From positions 32,001-96,000 of the forward strand of contig JANRKS010000016.1 in assembly GCA_033763315.1 (NCBI GenBank): a stretch of DNA of 64,000 nucleotides, read 5' to 3'. This stretch comes from Deltaproteobacteria bacterium (GTDB taxonomy: Bacteria; Myxococcota_A; Polyangia; Fen-1088). Positions 9,445 through 17,866 of this stretch are shown here, piece after piece. The position numbers and the translations under genes are program-made. The notes under the pieces were generated by a model. That model made no database searches, was not told where the DNA came from, and saw nothing but the letters and a program-made list of their open reading frames with translations. The first letter of the stretch is position 1, and each line of letters starts with the position of its first letter.

Positions 9445-11094
9445 TCAGCTCAGGACGGCGCGAGCCGCCATGACCGTGGTCGATTGCGCCGGCGCCACGG
9501 GAAAGCTCAGCACGAATGTGGAGCCGCCACCAGCGGTTTCCTCGTACCGAACGTCCCCCCCGTGGGCACGCACCAAGGACCAGACGACCGACAAGCCCAG
9601 CCCCAAGCCCGCGGTCTTTGTGGCCGTATCTGCCCCCACGAACGGCTTGAACATGCGCGGCTGCATGTCCAACGGAACGCCCGGCCCATGATCGGAAACG
9701 GCAACGCACAGCGCATCATTCTCCAGATGCGCCCGCAGATGAATGCGCCGATCCATGGCAGCGCCACGGCTGTACTTTTCCGCGTTGTCGATCAAGTTGT
9801 TCAGGATCTGCATCAAAGCGTCACGGTCCACTTCGGCCTGGCCCAAGGCCGGGCCCAATTCCAGCACCAGTTCCCCCCCGCCTTCACGCACCAGCGGCGC
9901 CATGATCTCGCCCGCGTCTTCAAGCAAGCTGCGAACGTCGAAGGAGCGCCGCTGCAACGTTAGGTTCCGCTGTTCCGATTTGCTGTGGTTGAGCACGTTC
10001 ACCACAACGCGGCCCAAGCGTTCCGCTTCGTCGGTAATGCGCTGGGCGTATTTTTGTACGGCCGTGGGGTTGCCTAAGCCGGCCGCCAACATTTCGCCGT
10101 GCAAGCGGATCCCTGCCAACGGCGTGCGCAATTCATGTGCCGCGGCCGCCGCAAAACGTGAGCGCTCGCGAGCAAAGTTGTTCGAGCGAATGACCATGCC
10201 CACCACGCCCGCCCCCGTGATCAGGGCAAACAAAACGCCCCCCAAGTACGAGTAACCAAATTGCCGGCGAAGCGCTGTTTCTTGCGTTCGCACCGTTGCC
10301 ATCGCCACGTTTGGATCCACCGCCACATGCCAGCCCACACCAGGCAAGGGCACATCAGCCGTGGCATGCGAAGCGGCCGGGCCGTACTTCAGTTGTGCGT
10401 GAAAACCGCCGTCGAACATCCAATTGCCCAGGTTTGTGTTTTCAACGACGAAGCCCTGAAAGTAACGTTGGCCCGCCAACACCAAAGCCCGAATCGCCAT
10501 CAGCGCCGGCTTTCCTTCAAGCCTTCCTGTGTGCCACGCAAACGCTCCCACTTCCGTTTGATCGTCTGTGGCGGGCAAACCTGATTCGGCCTGGCTCATG
10601 AACGCCCACGGCGCGATGGACGTGGGCAGGTTGCCATTGCTGGTGGCGTTGGCGCCCACGTCAAAGCGGCCGCCCACCGGCACATCAAGCGTTGCCAAAC
10701 GCGCGTCGGGGCGCGGCGCCGTGATGTCGCCGTTCATGTCGATCTGAAAATATACCTTAACCGCCTTCGGGTAATCGCCCGTGGCCAACGGCGACGATTG
10801 AATCTTTAAGCGGCCGCAGTGTTTGCCGCGCGTGAGGTACTTTGGGAAATAGTGCAGGTGGCTGCGTTCGCTTTCCACTTTGCGCAAGTCTTCCAGCTGC
10901 AGCGCCATCTTGGTGGCCACTTGATCTGCTGTTGTTTGCGTTTCGCGGCGCGCGCCAGTTTCGAGCTGATCGGAAACGCGATCCAATTGGCGCGCGCCCA
11001 GCCAGTACCACACGGCACAAGGAATGGTCACAGCCACCGCCGTCAAAGCAATGGCTGCCGCTGTGCCTGGACCCTTTAAGTTGATGCGCCCCAC
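9445..11094 (-). CDS. Membrane sensor histidine kinase
   Basis: Two TM segments, H-box AHELRTPL, N-box NLIDNAEKYS, DHGPGV, GLGLGL. Confidence 0.93.
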   Translation of the reverse strand: MGRINLKGPGTAAAIALTAVAVTIPCAVWYWLGARQLDRVSDQLETGARRETQTTADQVATKMALQLEDLRKVESERSHLHYFPKYLTRGKHCGRLKIQSSPLATGDYPKAVKVYFQIDMNGDITAPRPDARLATLDVPVGGRFDVGANATSNGNLPTSIAPWAFMSQAESGLPATDDQTEVGAFAWHTGRLEGKPALMAIRALVLAGQRYFQGFVVENTNLGNWMFDGGFHAQLKYGPAASHATADVPLPGVGWHVAVDPNVAMATVRTQETALRRQFGYSYLGGVLFALITGAGVVGMVIRSNNFARERSRFAAAAAHELRTPLAGIRLHGEMLAAGLGNPTAVQKYAQRITDEAERLGRVVVNVLNHSKSEQRNLTLQRRSFDVRSLLEDAGEIMAPLVREGGGELVLELGPALGQAEVDRDALMQILNNLIDNAEKYSRGAAMDRRIHLRAHLENDALCVAVSDHGPGVPLDMQPRMFKPFVGADTATKTAGLGLGLSVVWSLVRAHGGDVRYEETAGGGSTFVLSFPVAPAQSTTVMAARAVLS

Positions 11095-11759
11095 GCGTAA
11101 CCCACACCTTTCACCGTCGTAATGATCCGCGGTGTTGCCACATCGGATTCGATCTTCTGCCGCAGATTCGCGATGGTCATATCAACCGTGCGCGTTTGCA
11201 ATTTGCCCGAAGCGCCCCACGCTTGTTCAAGCAGTTCGCCGCGGGTCAACGCACGCGCGCGGTTGACGTAAAGCAAGCGCAAGATGCGCGCTTCACGGGC
11301 TGTCAGTTGAATCGGTGATTCGCCACGCGTGGCGGTGCAGCGCCCCAGATCGAGGTGGCATCCGTCCACTTCAACGCGTTCGGGGCCAGCGAGTTCGGCA
11401 CGCAGCCGGCGCCCCAAAGCATCGACGCGCGCCAGAAGTTCCTTTGCACTAAAGGGCTTCGTGACGTAATCGTCGGCGCCGATCTGCAGGCCCACGACTT
11501 TGTCATCCTCCCGCGCGCGCGCTGTGAGCATGAGGATCAAAAGTTCAGGCCGGCCATTGCGCAAACGCCGGCACACCTCAATGCCATCCAGATCAGGCAG
11601 CGTAAGATCCAAAACAACGAGATCGATGCTGTTTGTGAGCCCTCGGCTGCACGCAGAAAGCCCATCGCCTACCGCACAGACACTGTGGCCCTGTGCTTCC
11701 AGAAGATCGGTCAATCCATTGCGGAGCCCGGGCTCATCCTCAACCAATAGGATGTTCAT
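11076..11759 (-). CDS. OmpR/PhoB-family response regulator
   Basis: LVEDE, LDLTLP, MLTA, GADDYVTKPF, winged helix RTVDMTIANLRQKIE...TVKGVGY. Confidence 0.96.
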   Translation of the reverse strand: MNILLVEDEPGLRNGLTDLLEAQGHSVCAVGDGLSACSRGLTNSIDLVVLDLTLPDLDGIEVCRRLRNGRPELLILMLTARAREDDKVVGLQIGADDYVTKPFSAKELLARVDALGRRLRAELAGPERVEVDGCHLDLGRCTATRGESPIQLTAREARILRLLYVNRARALTRGELLEQAWGASGKLQTRTVDMTIANLRQKIESDVATPRIITTVKGVGYAWGAST

Positions 11760-11901
11760 GTAGGTTACCCCCTTAAACTACGGAGGCCTTAAGTCTATCA
11801 AAGGTGGTCGGCAAGAGCCGCCAAGACTTGGGTAAAACAGCCGTAAAAGCGCTTGCGGCGGCCTTGACGACTACCATGCAACCACATGAAACCGTTGATG
11901 A

Positions 11902-12840
11902 TTATGGCTTAACCGGCAGCGTCTTATAGCCAGGCGCAGCCTTGGAAACGTTCGGTGCGTCGGAGGCGTTCGCCTGCCGAAGCACATAGCTTAATCCACC
12001 GATTAGCATCTTTTGGAAGGCGGGTAACGTCCAAACATCTTCGCGGTGACCAAGCGCCGAGTAGAACACGCGGCCTTTGCCATGTTTGCGAATCCAGGCG
12101 ACGGGATAGGCCGGTCGCGCGTACATCGGACCTGTCATGGCTTCGGATTCCAGCACCAAAAGCGCGTGCAGGTCTGAGGCTTGGTTCTTAAGCGAATACC
12201 ACTCTTCTTTCATGCCAAGCGTGGCCCCCAGATCTGCAAAGCCTGGGAACTTGGGATCAACCACCCGCACGCGAGCCACCTGTTGTTCACCGTGTGAGAT
12301 GAATTCACCACCCAACATGGCGATGTAGGGATCCACTTCTTCGGGTTTTTGATCCAACCAACGGCTGCCCGGGCTGTGAAACGTATCGGAGCCGTTGTGC
12401 AGCCCCACGAAGCCCTTGCCCTGCTCAACGGCTGCTAGAAGCGCCGCCTTGCCTTCGGGCGACATTGGTTTTTGATTGATGTCGTCCGCGGGCAGGGGTT
12501 TGCCATCTTTGTCTTTGCGAAGCGCGGTGAGATCACCCGTGGTGATGAATATAAAGGCATCGAATGCAGCCAGGTTCTCGGCCGTAATGAAGCTGCCGTC
12601 TTTGGTGTGCACGAACTCCCAGTTGTGCGGCAATCCAAGCGCGCTCAACACGCCCAACGCCAGCGGCTGCTCGTCTTTGCCAACCTTGATGGTCGAGTGT
12701 TCGTATTCAGCCGAACGTGTGAAAAGCAACACGCGTTTAGCCTTGGAGGTCTTCGGTGCGGCGGCCGCGGCCGCCCCCGCGTTCAAGGCAAAAAGCGCAC
12801 AAGCTAACCAACGCAGGGACGACGAAAACTGGCGTGTCAT
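11902..12840 (-). CDS. ThuA-like (class I glutamine amidotransferase-like) exported protein
   Basis: Signal peptide, LLFTRSAEYEHS, GFVGLH, LGGEFISH, EEWY, GRVFYSALGH. Confidence 0.88.
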   Translation of the reverse strand: MTRQFSSSLRWLACALFALNAGAAAAAAPKTSKAKRVLLFTRSAEYEHSTIKVGKDEQPLALGVLSALGLPHNWEFVHTKDGSFITAENLAAFDAFIFITTGDLTALRKDKDGKPLPADDINQKPMSPEGKAALLAAVEQGKGFVGLHNGSDTFHSPGSRWLDQKPEEVDPYIAMLGGEFISHGEQQVARVRVVDPKFPGFADLGATLGMKEEWYSLKNQASDLHALLVLESEAMTGPMYARPAYPVAWIRKHGKGRVFYSALGHREDVWTLPAFQKMLIGGLSYVLRQANASDAPNVSKAAPGYKTLPVKP

Positions 12841-12934
12841 GGCGGCATTGTGCCAAAGGCGTCTGACTGCGGGTCGTGTTTCTGCAAGAGAAGAGCGCTT
12901 TCCTCACGCCCCCGGTGACTTCACCCACGCCGCG

Positions 12935-13789
12935 CTAGGCGTACGTAAAAAAACCGCGCCCCGTTTTGCGCCCCAACCAGCCGGCCGCAACGTACTGCCG
13001 AAGCAACGGGCACGGACGGTATTTGTCGTCGCCCAGCTCTCGATGCAGCACTTCCAAGATGAACAAAGTCGTGTCGAGTCCGATCAGATCCACCAGGGCC
13101 AATGGGCCCATGGGATGGTTCAACCCGAGCACACAACCACGATCGATGTCTTCCGCCGTGGCGATGCCCTCATAAAGCGCGAAGCAAGCTTCATTCACCA
13201 TCGGCATCAAGATGCGGTTCACGATGAAGCCGGGAATGTCGCGCGAGGTAACGGTGGTTTTTTCGAGTGAGGCCGCCAACGCAATCACAGCGGCGTATGT
13301 TTCCTCGGAGGTTGGCAAGCCGCGGATCACTTCCACCAGCTTCATTAGCGGAACTGGGTTCATGAAATGCATGCCAATCACTTGCGACGGGCGCTGCGTG
13401 GCGGCCGACAAGCTGGTGATCGATATTGACGACGTGTTGCTGGCCAACAAAGCGTGAGGCGGGCACACGCGGTCCAAATTGGCGAAGATGGCTTGCTTAA
13501 TTCCAAAGTTTTCCGTGGCGGCCTCGATGGCGACGTCCACATCGGCGAAAGCGTCAAGCGTTTGTGCCACGTGCAGGCGCGCGATCGTTTCGCTTGCTTG
13601 CGCTTCGGTGAGTTTGCCTTTGCTCACCAGTTTGGCCAGACCGTCGGCGATCGTTTGACGGCCGCGCGCGGCGGCACCGTCCACGGCGTCAAACAGCCGC
13701 ACGTCAAAGCCGCTGGCGGCGGCCACCTGTGCGATGCCGCGGCCCATTTGCCCCGCGCCAACAACGCCAACAATCTTGATGTTCAGCAT
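12935..13789 (-). CDS. hbd: 3-hydroxybutyryl-CoA dehydrogenase
   Basis: GAGQMGRGIA, ASNTSSISIT, GMHFMNPVP, GFIVNR, HPMGPL, LGRKTGRGF. Confidence 0.95.
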   Translation of the reverse strand: MLNIKIVGVVGAGQMGRGIAQVAAASGFDVRLFDAVDGAAARGRQTIADGLAKLVSKGKLTEAQASETIARLHVAQTLDAFADVDVAIEAATENFGIKQAIFANLDRVCPPHALLASNTSSISITSLSAATQRPSQVIGMHFMNPVPLMKLVEVIRGLPTSEETYAAVIALAASLEKTTVTSRDIPGFIVNRILMPMVNEACFALYEGIATAEDIDRGCVLGLNHPMGPLALVDLIGLDTTLFILEVLHRELGDDKYRPCPLLRQYVAAGWLGRKTGRGFFTYA

Positions 13790-14967
13790 CGCTCCACCGC
13801 CATGGCGATGCCCTCACCGCCTCCGATGCACAACGAAGCCACGCCTCGTTTGGCGCCTCGATCGGCGAGAACCGAAAGCAACGTGACCAGCACGCGCGCG
13901 CCGCTTGCGCCTATGGGATGGCCTAAAGCCACAGCACCGCCCCACACGTTCACACGATCTGCATCCAAACCCAGCATGCGGTTGTTGGCCAACGCCACCA
14001 CAGCGAAAGCTTCGTTGAGCTCCCACAGATCCACGCTGTCTTTGCTCCAGCCGATGCGCTTACACAAAGCTTCGATGGCCCCCGCGGGCGCGGTGGTGAA
14101 CCACTCGGGCGCTTGCGCGTGCACAGCTGTGCCAACGATGCGTGCCAAGGGCGTGAGTCCGCGCGATTGCGCTTCCTCTTCGGACATCAGAACCACCGCA
14201 GCGGCGCCATCGTTGAGCGACGAGGCGTTGCCTGCCGTGATCGTACCGTCTTTGGCAAAGGCCGTTTTAAGCGAAGCCAGCTTCGAGGGATCGCCCCGCC
14301 CTGGACCTTCGTCGATCAACACCGGTACAGGCTCGCCTTTGCGTTGAGGCACGGGAACGCCGACGATCTCAGCGGTGAACTTGCCTTCGGATTGCGCCAA
14401 GCGCGCGCGGCGAAAACTCTCGCTGGCGTAAGCGTCTTGCTCAGCACGTGAGATGCCGTGCTCGGTGGCGCAAAGCTCTGCACACGAGCCCATGTGTTTG
14501 TCGCCATAGGGATCCCACAGGCCGTCGTGGATCATGGAATCCAACATTTGCGCGTGGCCCATGCGCAGCCCGTCACGAGCCTTGGGCAACACATAGGGCG
14601 CGTTGGACATTGATTCCATGCCGCCGGCGACCATCACCGTTTGCTCACCCACAGCGATCGCGTTCGCGGCCATGGCCACAGCTTTGAGGCCAGAGCCACA
14701 AACCTTGTTGATCGTCACGCCGCCCACCGCTCGGGGCAAACCCGCAGCCAAAGCGGCTTGGCGTGCAGGGGCTTGCCCAAGCCCGGCGGTCAACACGCAG
14801 CCCATAAACACCTCGCCGATCGGAGCCGCGGCGGGATCGAGACCAGCGCGGCGCACAGCCGCCTCGATGGCGATGCCCCCCAAGCGAGGCGCCGTGATGG
14901 GCGCAAGCGCGCCCATAAATGAACCAATGGGCGTGCGAGCCGCAGAAACGATAACGACAGATTTCAT
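13783..14967 (-). CDS. atoB: Acetyl-CoA C-acetyltransferase (thiolase)
   Basis: RTPIG, NKVCGSG, GGMESMS, NEAFA, GHPIGASG, CIGGGEG; SD AGGAGG before ATG 14967. Confidence 0.95.
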   Translation of the reverse strand: MKSVVIVSAARTPIGSFMGALAPITAPRLGGIAIEAAVRRAGLDPAAAPIGEVFMGCVLTAGLGQAPARQAALAAGLPRAVGGVTINKVCGSGLKAVAMAANAIAVGEQTVMVAGGMESMSNAPYVLPKARDGLRMGHAQMLDSMIHDGLWDPYGDKHMGSCAELCATEHGISRAEQDAYASESFRRARLAQSEGKFTAEIVGVPVPQRKGEPVPVLIDEGPGRGDPSKLASLKTAFAKDGTITAGNASSLNDGAAAVVLMSEEEAQSRGLTPLARIVGTAVHAQAPEWFTTAPAGAIEALCKRIGWSKDSVDLWELNEAFAVVALANNRMLGLDADRVNVWGGAVALGHPIGASGARVLVTLLSVLADRGAKRGVASLCIGGGEGIAMAVERC

Positions 14968-15132
14968 GGCAAACCTCCTTGGCACCCGGGGGCCTGTCTG
15001 CAGAAACAAGGACCGAGACCTTAATGGTACGTCAGCACGACGCATTTCGCCTTAATGTTTTCGCACGGTTAGAGCGCACCCAGAGGCATACAAGGACGAA
15101 AAGTAGACAAAATAACTACATGTCTTACTATT

Positions 15133-15732
15133 ATGCACATGAAGAGTTCGGTGGTTTGGGTGTCGAGCAACTTTTGGCCGTTGCTACCTGCTTTGGTGGG
15201 GCTGGTGGCGATCGCCACGATGGTATTGGGGTGTGGAGCGCAGACCAGCCAAACCCCGTGGCCGTTGGTTCCCCAGGCGCAAGCCAAGGGGCGCAAGGCA
15301 AACCCCAAACGACCACTCAACGCCGCCTCGTTGGTGGAATCCTCCCTGCGCGAGCGGGGTTTGCGCTTCGGCACCGACGGCAGTGTGAAAGCTCTTTATT
15401 CGTATGCGACTCAAACGCACGACCGCGTAAGCGCACAAGAAGCTCGTCCCGGCGACCTGGTGTTTTTCGATACGAGTCCCACCGGGAACCAGTGCGGCGG
15501 TCACGTGGGATTGGTCCAGGGCTTTGCGCCGGGGGGCGCTTTGAAGTTTCGCGAGCGCCGCGAAGGTGAAGAGCGCGTGAGCGTGGCCGATCCACAACGC
15601 CCGGGGCAGCGGCGCGACGAAGACGGGCGTGTGATCAACACGTTCTTGCGTGCGCGCAAGCCCAACGATCCGGAGGGCACGCGTTACTACGCCGGACAGA
15701 TGGTGTGCGCTGTCGTGCGGGTCAGCCCGTAG
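15133..15732 (+). CDS. NlpC/P60 (CHAP-like) lipoprotein, catalytic Cys apparently absent
   Basis: Lipobox VLGC, RPGDLVFF, GHVGLV; NAASLV occupies the DCSGxV position. Confidence 0.7.
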   Translation: MHMKSSVVWVSSNFWPLLPALVGLVAIATMVLGCGAQTSQTPWPLVPQAQAKGRKANPKRPLNAASLVESSLRERGLRFGTDGSVKALYSYATQTHDRVSAQEARPGDLVFFDTSPTGNQCGGHVGLVQGFAPGGALKFRERREGEERVSVADPQRPGQRRDEDGRVINTFLRARKPNDPEGTRYYAGQMVCAVVRVSP

Positions 15733-15788
15733 CGGCGCGTGATCGAAAAATTGCCACGCACAGGTGCCGGCTGTAGGTGTTGATCACC

Positions 15789-16316
15789 ATGTCGATCGAA
15801 GTCGAACGAGCCACCGTGCCTTGCCAAGTGTGTCGGGCGCAAGTCAGTGAGCTGCGCCGGGGTCGGTGCTGGGTGTGCTACCAAAAGTGGAGCGAAGCGC
15901 GCCCGGTGGGCCGCGGGGCCGCCTGCGAAGTGTGCCAAGAGCGCCGGCGCGACAATTTGCGGTTGATTGAGCTGCACGGCCGCTCAGTGTCGATGTGTCA
16001 CAACTGTGGAACGCGGGTGATGCGCATGGATACAGTGCCTGCCACGCTCGAAGAGATTCGCTTGGTACTCGATCGCGAGCGCCGGGAAGACGAGCGCCGC
16101 CAGGGCTCTGAAGATCAACGCATTTTCCCGCGCGAGCGCCGGGTGGGCGACAGGCGAGGCGTGGCGGCAGCGCCGCGACACGCGCACGACGGTGGCAACA
16201 CGCTGCCATCGGTGGACGATCTGATCATGGAGCTGTCAGACGACGATTTGGAAACTGTGGATCAAACCATGGTGCGCGAAGCACCTGTGAAACCGACGGC
16301 GAAGAACGAAGCGTAA
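15789..16316 (+). CDS. Hypothetical protein with four CxxC pairs and ERR/DRR motifs
   Basis: CQVC, CWVC, CEVC, CHNC; ERREDERR and ERRVGDRR; fills the gap between neighbouring genes. Confidence 0.8.
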   Translation: MSIEVERATVPCQVCRAQVSELRRGRCWVCYQKWSEARPVGRGAACEVCQERRRDNLRLIELHGRSVSMCHNCGTRVMRMDTVPATLEEIRLVLDRERREDERRQGSEDQRIFPRERRVGDRRGVAAAPRHAHDGGNTLPSVDDLIMELSDDDLETVDQTMVREAPVKPTAKNEA

Positions 16317-16324
16317 GTCGAATC

Positions 16325-16726
16325 TCAGGAGCCGGGAAGCTCGACCTTCCACGCGTGCCCTTGCCGCACAAGGTTCACCGCGTACCGATCGCCCGCCGCT
16401 GAGTAAACCTGCACTGTGGCGTCGACGTTCGACTTGTGCAGCAGCCGCACGCCTTGCGGCTCCCACGCGGGCGGCGCACGACCCACCGAAAGAAAATCTT
16501 CAGGTTGCAGCGCCAAACGGCCGCTCACGCGCTTGGCTGACTGGCGAAGCTCGTCCAAACGTTTGCGGCTGTTGGGGCCAAGCAAAGCGTAGACGTCAGC
16601 GCTGTTGCCTGCGTTGGCCGCAGCTATGAAATGTTCCACCACCGCTTCGGGATCACGTTCACCACGTGATCCACAAGCGGCCGCAGCGAGGCAAACAGTT
16701 ACGACGCTCGCAAGGTGGTGGCTCAT
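16325..16726 (-). CDS. Hypothetical lipoprotein (possibly NTF2-like fold)
   Basis: Lipobox AAAC, PEAVVEHFIAA, C-terminal LVRQGHAWKV; 5 nt downstream of trpS. Confidence 0.7.
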   Translation of the reverse strand: MSHHLASVVTVCLAAAACGSRGERDPEAVVEHFIAAANAGNSADVYALLGPNSRKRLDELRQSAKRVSGRLALQPEDFLSVGRAPPAWEPQGVRLLHKSNVDATVQVYSAAGDRYAVNLVRQGHAWKVELPGS

Positions 16727-16731
16727 ATCAC

Positions 16732-17712
16732 CTACGATCGTGTGAGGCCCAATCGTGCACGCACGCGGGCCATCGTTTGTTCCGCAACCGATCGCGCGCG
16801 TGCCGCGCCAGCCGCTAAAATTTCATCGACTTTGCCAGGTTCAGCCGCCAGCGCCTGCGCGCGCTGTTGAATCTTCTGCAAGTCTGCCGTGAGCCCTTCA
16901 TGCAGCCACTTTTTGCAATCGACGCAACCAATGCCCGCGGTTGTGCAGCCCTGGCGCACCTCGGCCTGCCGCGCTTCGGAGGAGAAGAACTTGTGCAAGG
17001 TGTAGATGTTGCACTTCTCAGGATCGCCCGGATCTTTGCGCCGTTGGCGCTGCGGATCCGTGGCGGCGCCGCGCAGCTTCTCCCAAACCTGCTCGTTGGT
17101 TTCATGCAGCGAGATCGTATTGCCCACGCTCTTCGACATTTTGGCTTGGCCATCGAGCCCCAGGATCTTCGGCGTCGAGGAGAACAGCGGTTGTGGTTCC
17201 GCGAACGTTTCACCAAACCGCGCGTTCCAACGCCGCACAATCTCACGCGCGAGCTCCAAATGCTGGCGCTGATCTTCACCCACGGGCACCCGCTTGGCGT
17301 CGTAGAGCAAAATATCTGCGGTTTGCAGGATAGGATACGTGAACAAACCGGCGTTGATGTTGTCGGGATGACGTTCTGATTTGTCTTTGAACTGGGTCAT
17401 GCGGCCCAGATCGCCGTGCGGGGCCACGGCTGACAGAGCCCACGCCAGTTGGGTGTGTTCGGGAACATCCGACTGCACAAACAATGTGCACTTCTCGGGA
17501 TCCAGGCCGCAGGCCAAAAGATCGATGGCCATTTGCCGCACTTTTTGCGGCAACGCCTCGGGATCGTAAGGCTGGGTTATCGCGTGGTAATCCACGATGC
17601 AGAAGAAGCACCTGTACTGGTGCTGCAGCTCCACCCACGTCCGCACGGCCCCCAGATAGTTGCCGAGGTGAAGTTCGCCCGAAGGCTGGATGCCGGAGAA
17701 AATGGTCTCCAT
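16732..17712 (-). CDS. trpS: Tryptophan--tRNA ligase
   Basis: FSGIQPSGELHLGNY, YPILQTADIL, VPVGEDQRQH, KMSKS; start trimmed to 17712 (17811 possible). Confidence 0.97.
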   Translation of the reverse strand: METIFSGIQPSGELHLGNYLGAVRTWVELQHQYRCFFCIVDYHAITQPYDPEALPQKVRQMAIDLLACGLDPEKCTLFVQSDVPEHTQLAWALSAVAPHGDLGRMTQFKDKSERHPDNINAGLFTYPILQTADILLYDAKRVPVGEDQRQHLELAREIVRRWNARFGETFAEPQPLFSSTPKILGLDGQAKMSKSVGNTISLHETNEQVWEKLRGAATDPQRQRRKDPGDPEKCNIYTLHKFFSSEARQAEVRQGCTTAGIGCVDCKKWLHEGLTADLQKIQQRAQALAAEPGKVDEILAAGAARARSVAEQTMARVRARLGLTRS

Positions 17713-17866
17713 GTTTTTTTGCCGGGGGATGCGTCGTTTCGGGATAAATGCCCCGGCGGGTGCCGCGGCGAAGGGTTCGTTGTAATCTTCGTCGTGGGAT
17801 GGGTCAAGCATGGGGCACTGAATGCCTGGGCTTGGGACCGCGTCGAATCAGCAAAGGAGTGCTGCA

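Noticed and set aside
17713-17811. Leader peptide or T-box upstream of trpS
   Set aside because: The in-frame extension has no Trp codons and no T-box consensus
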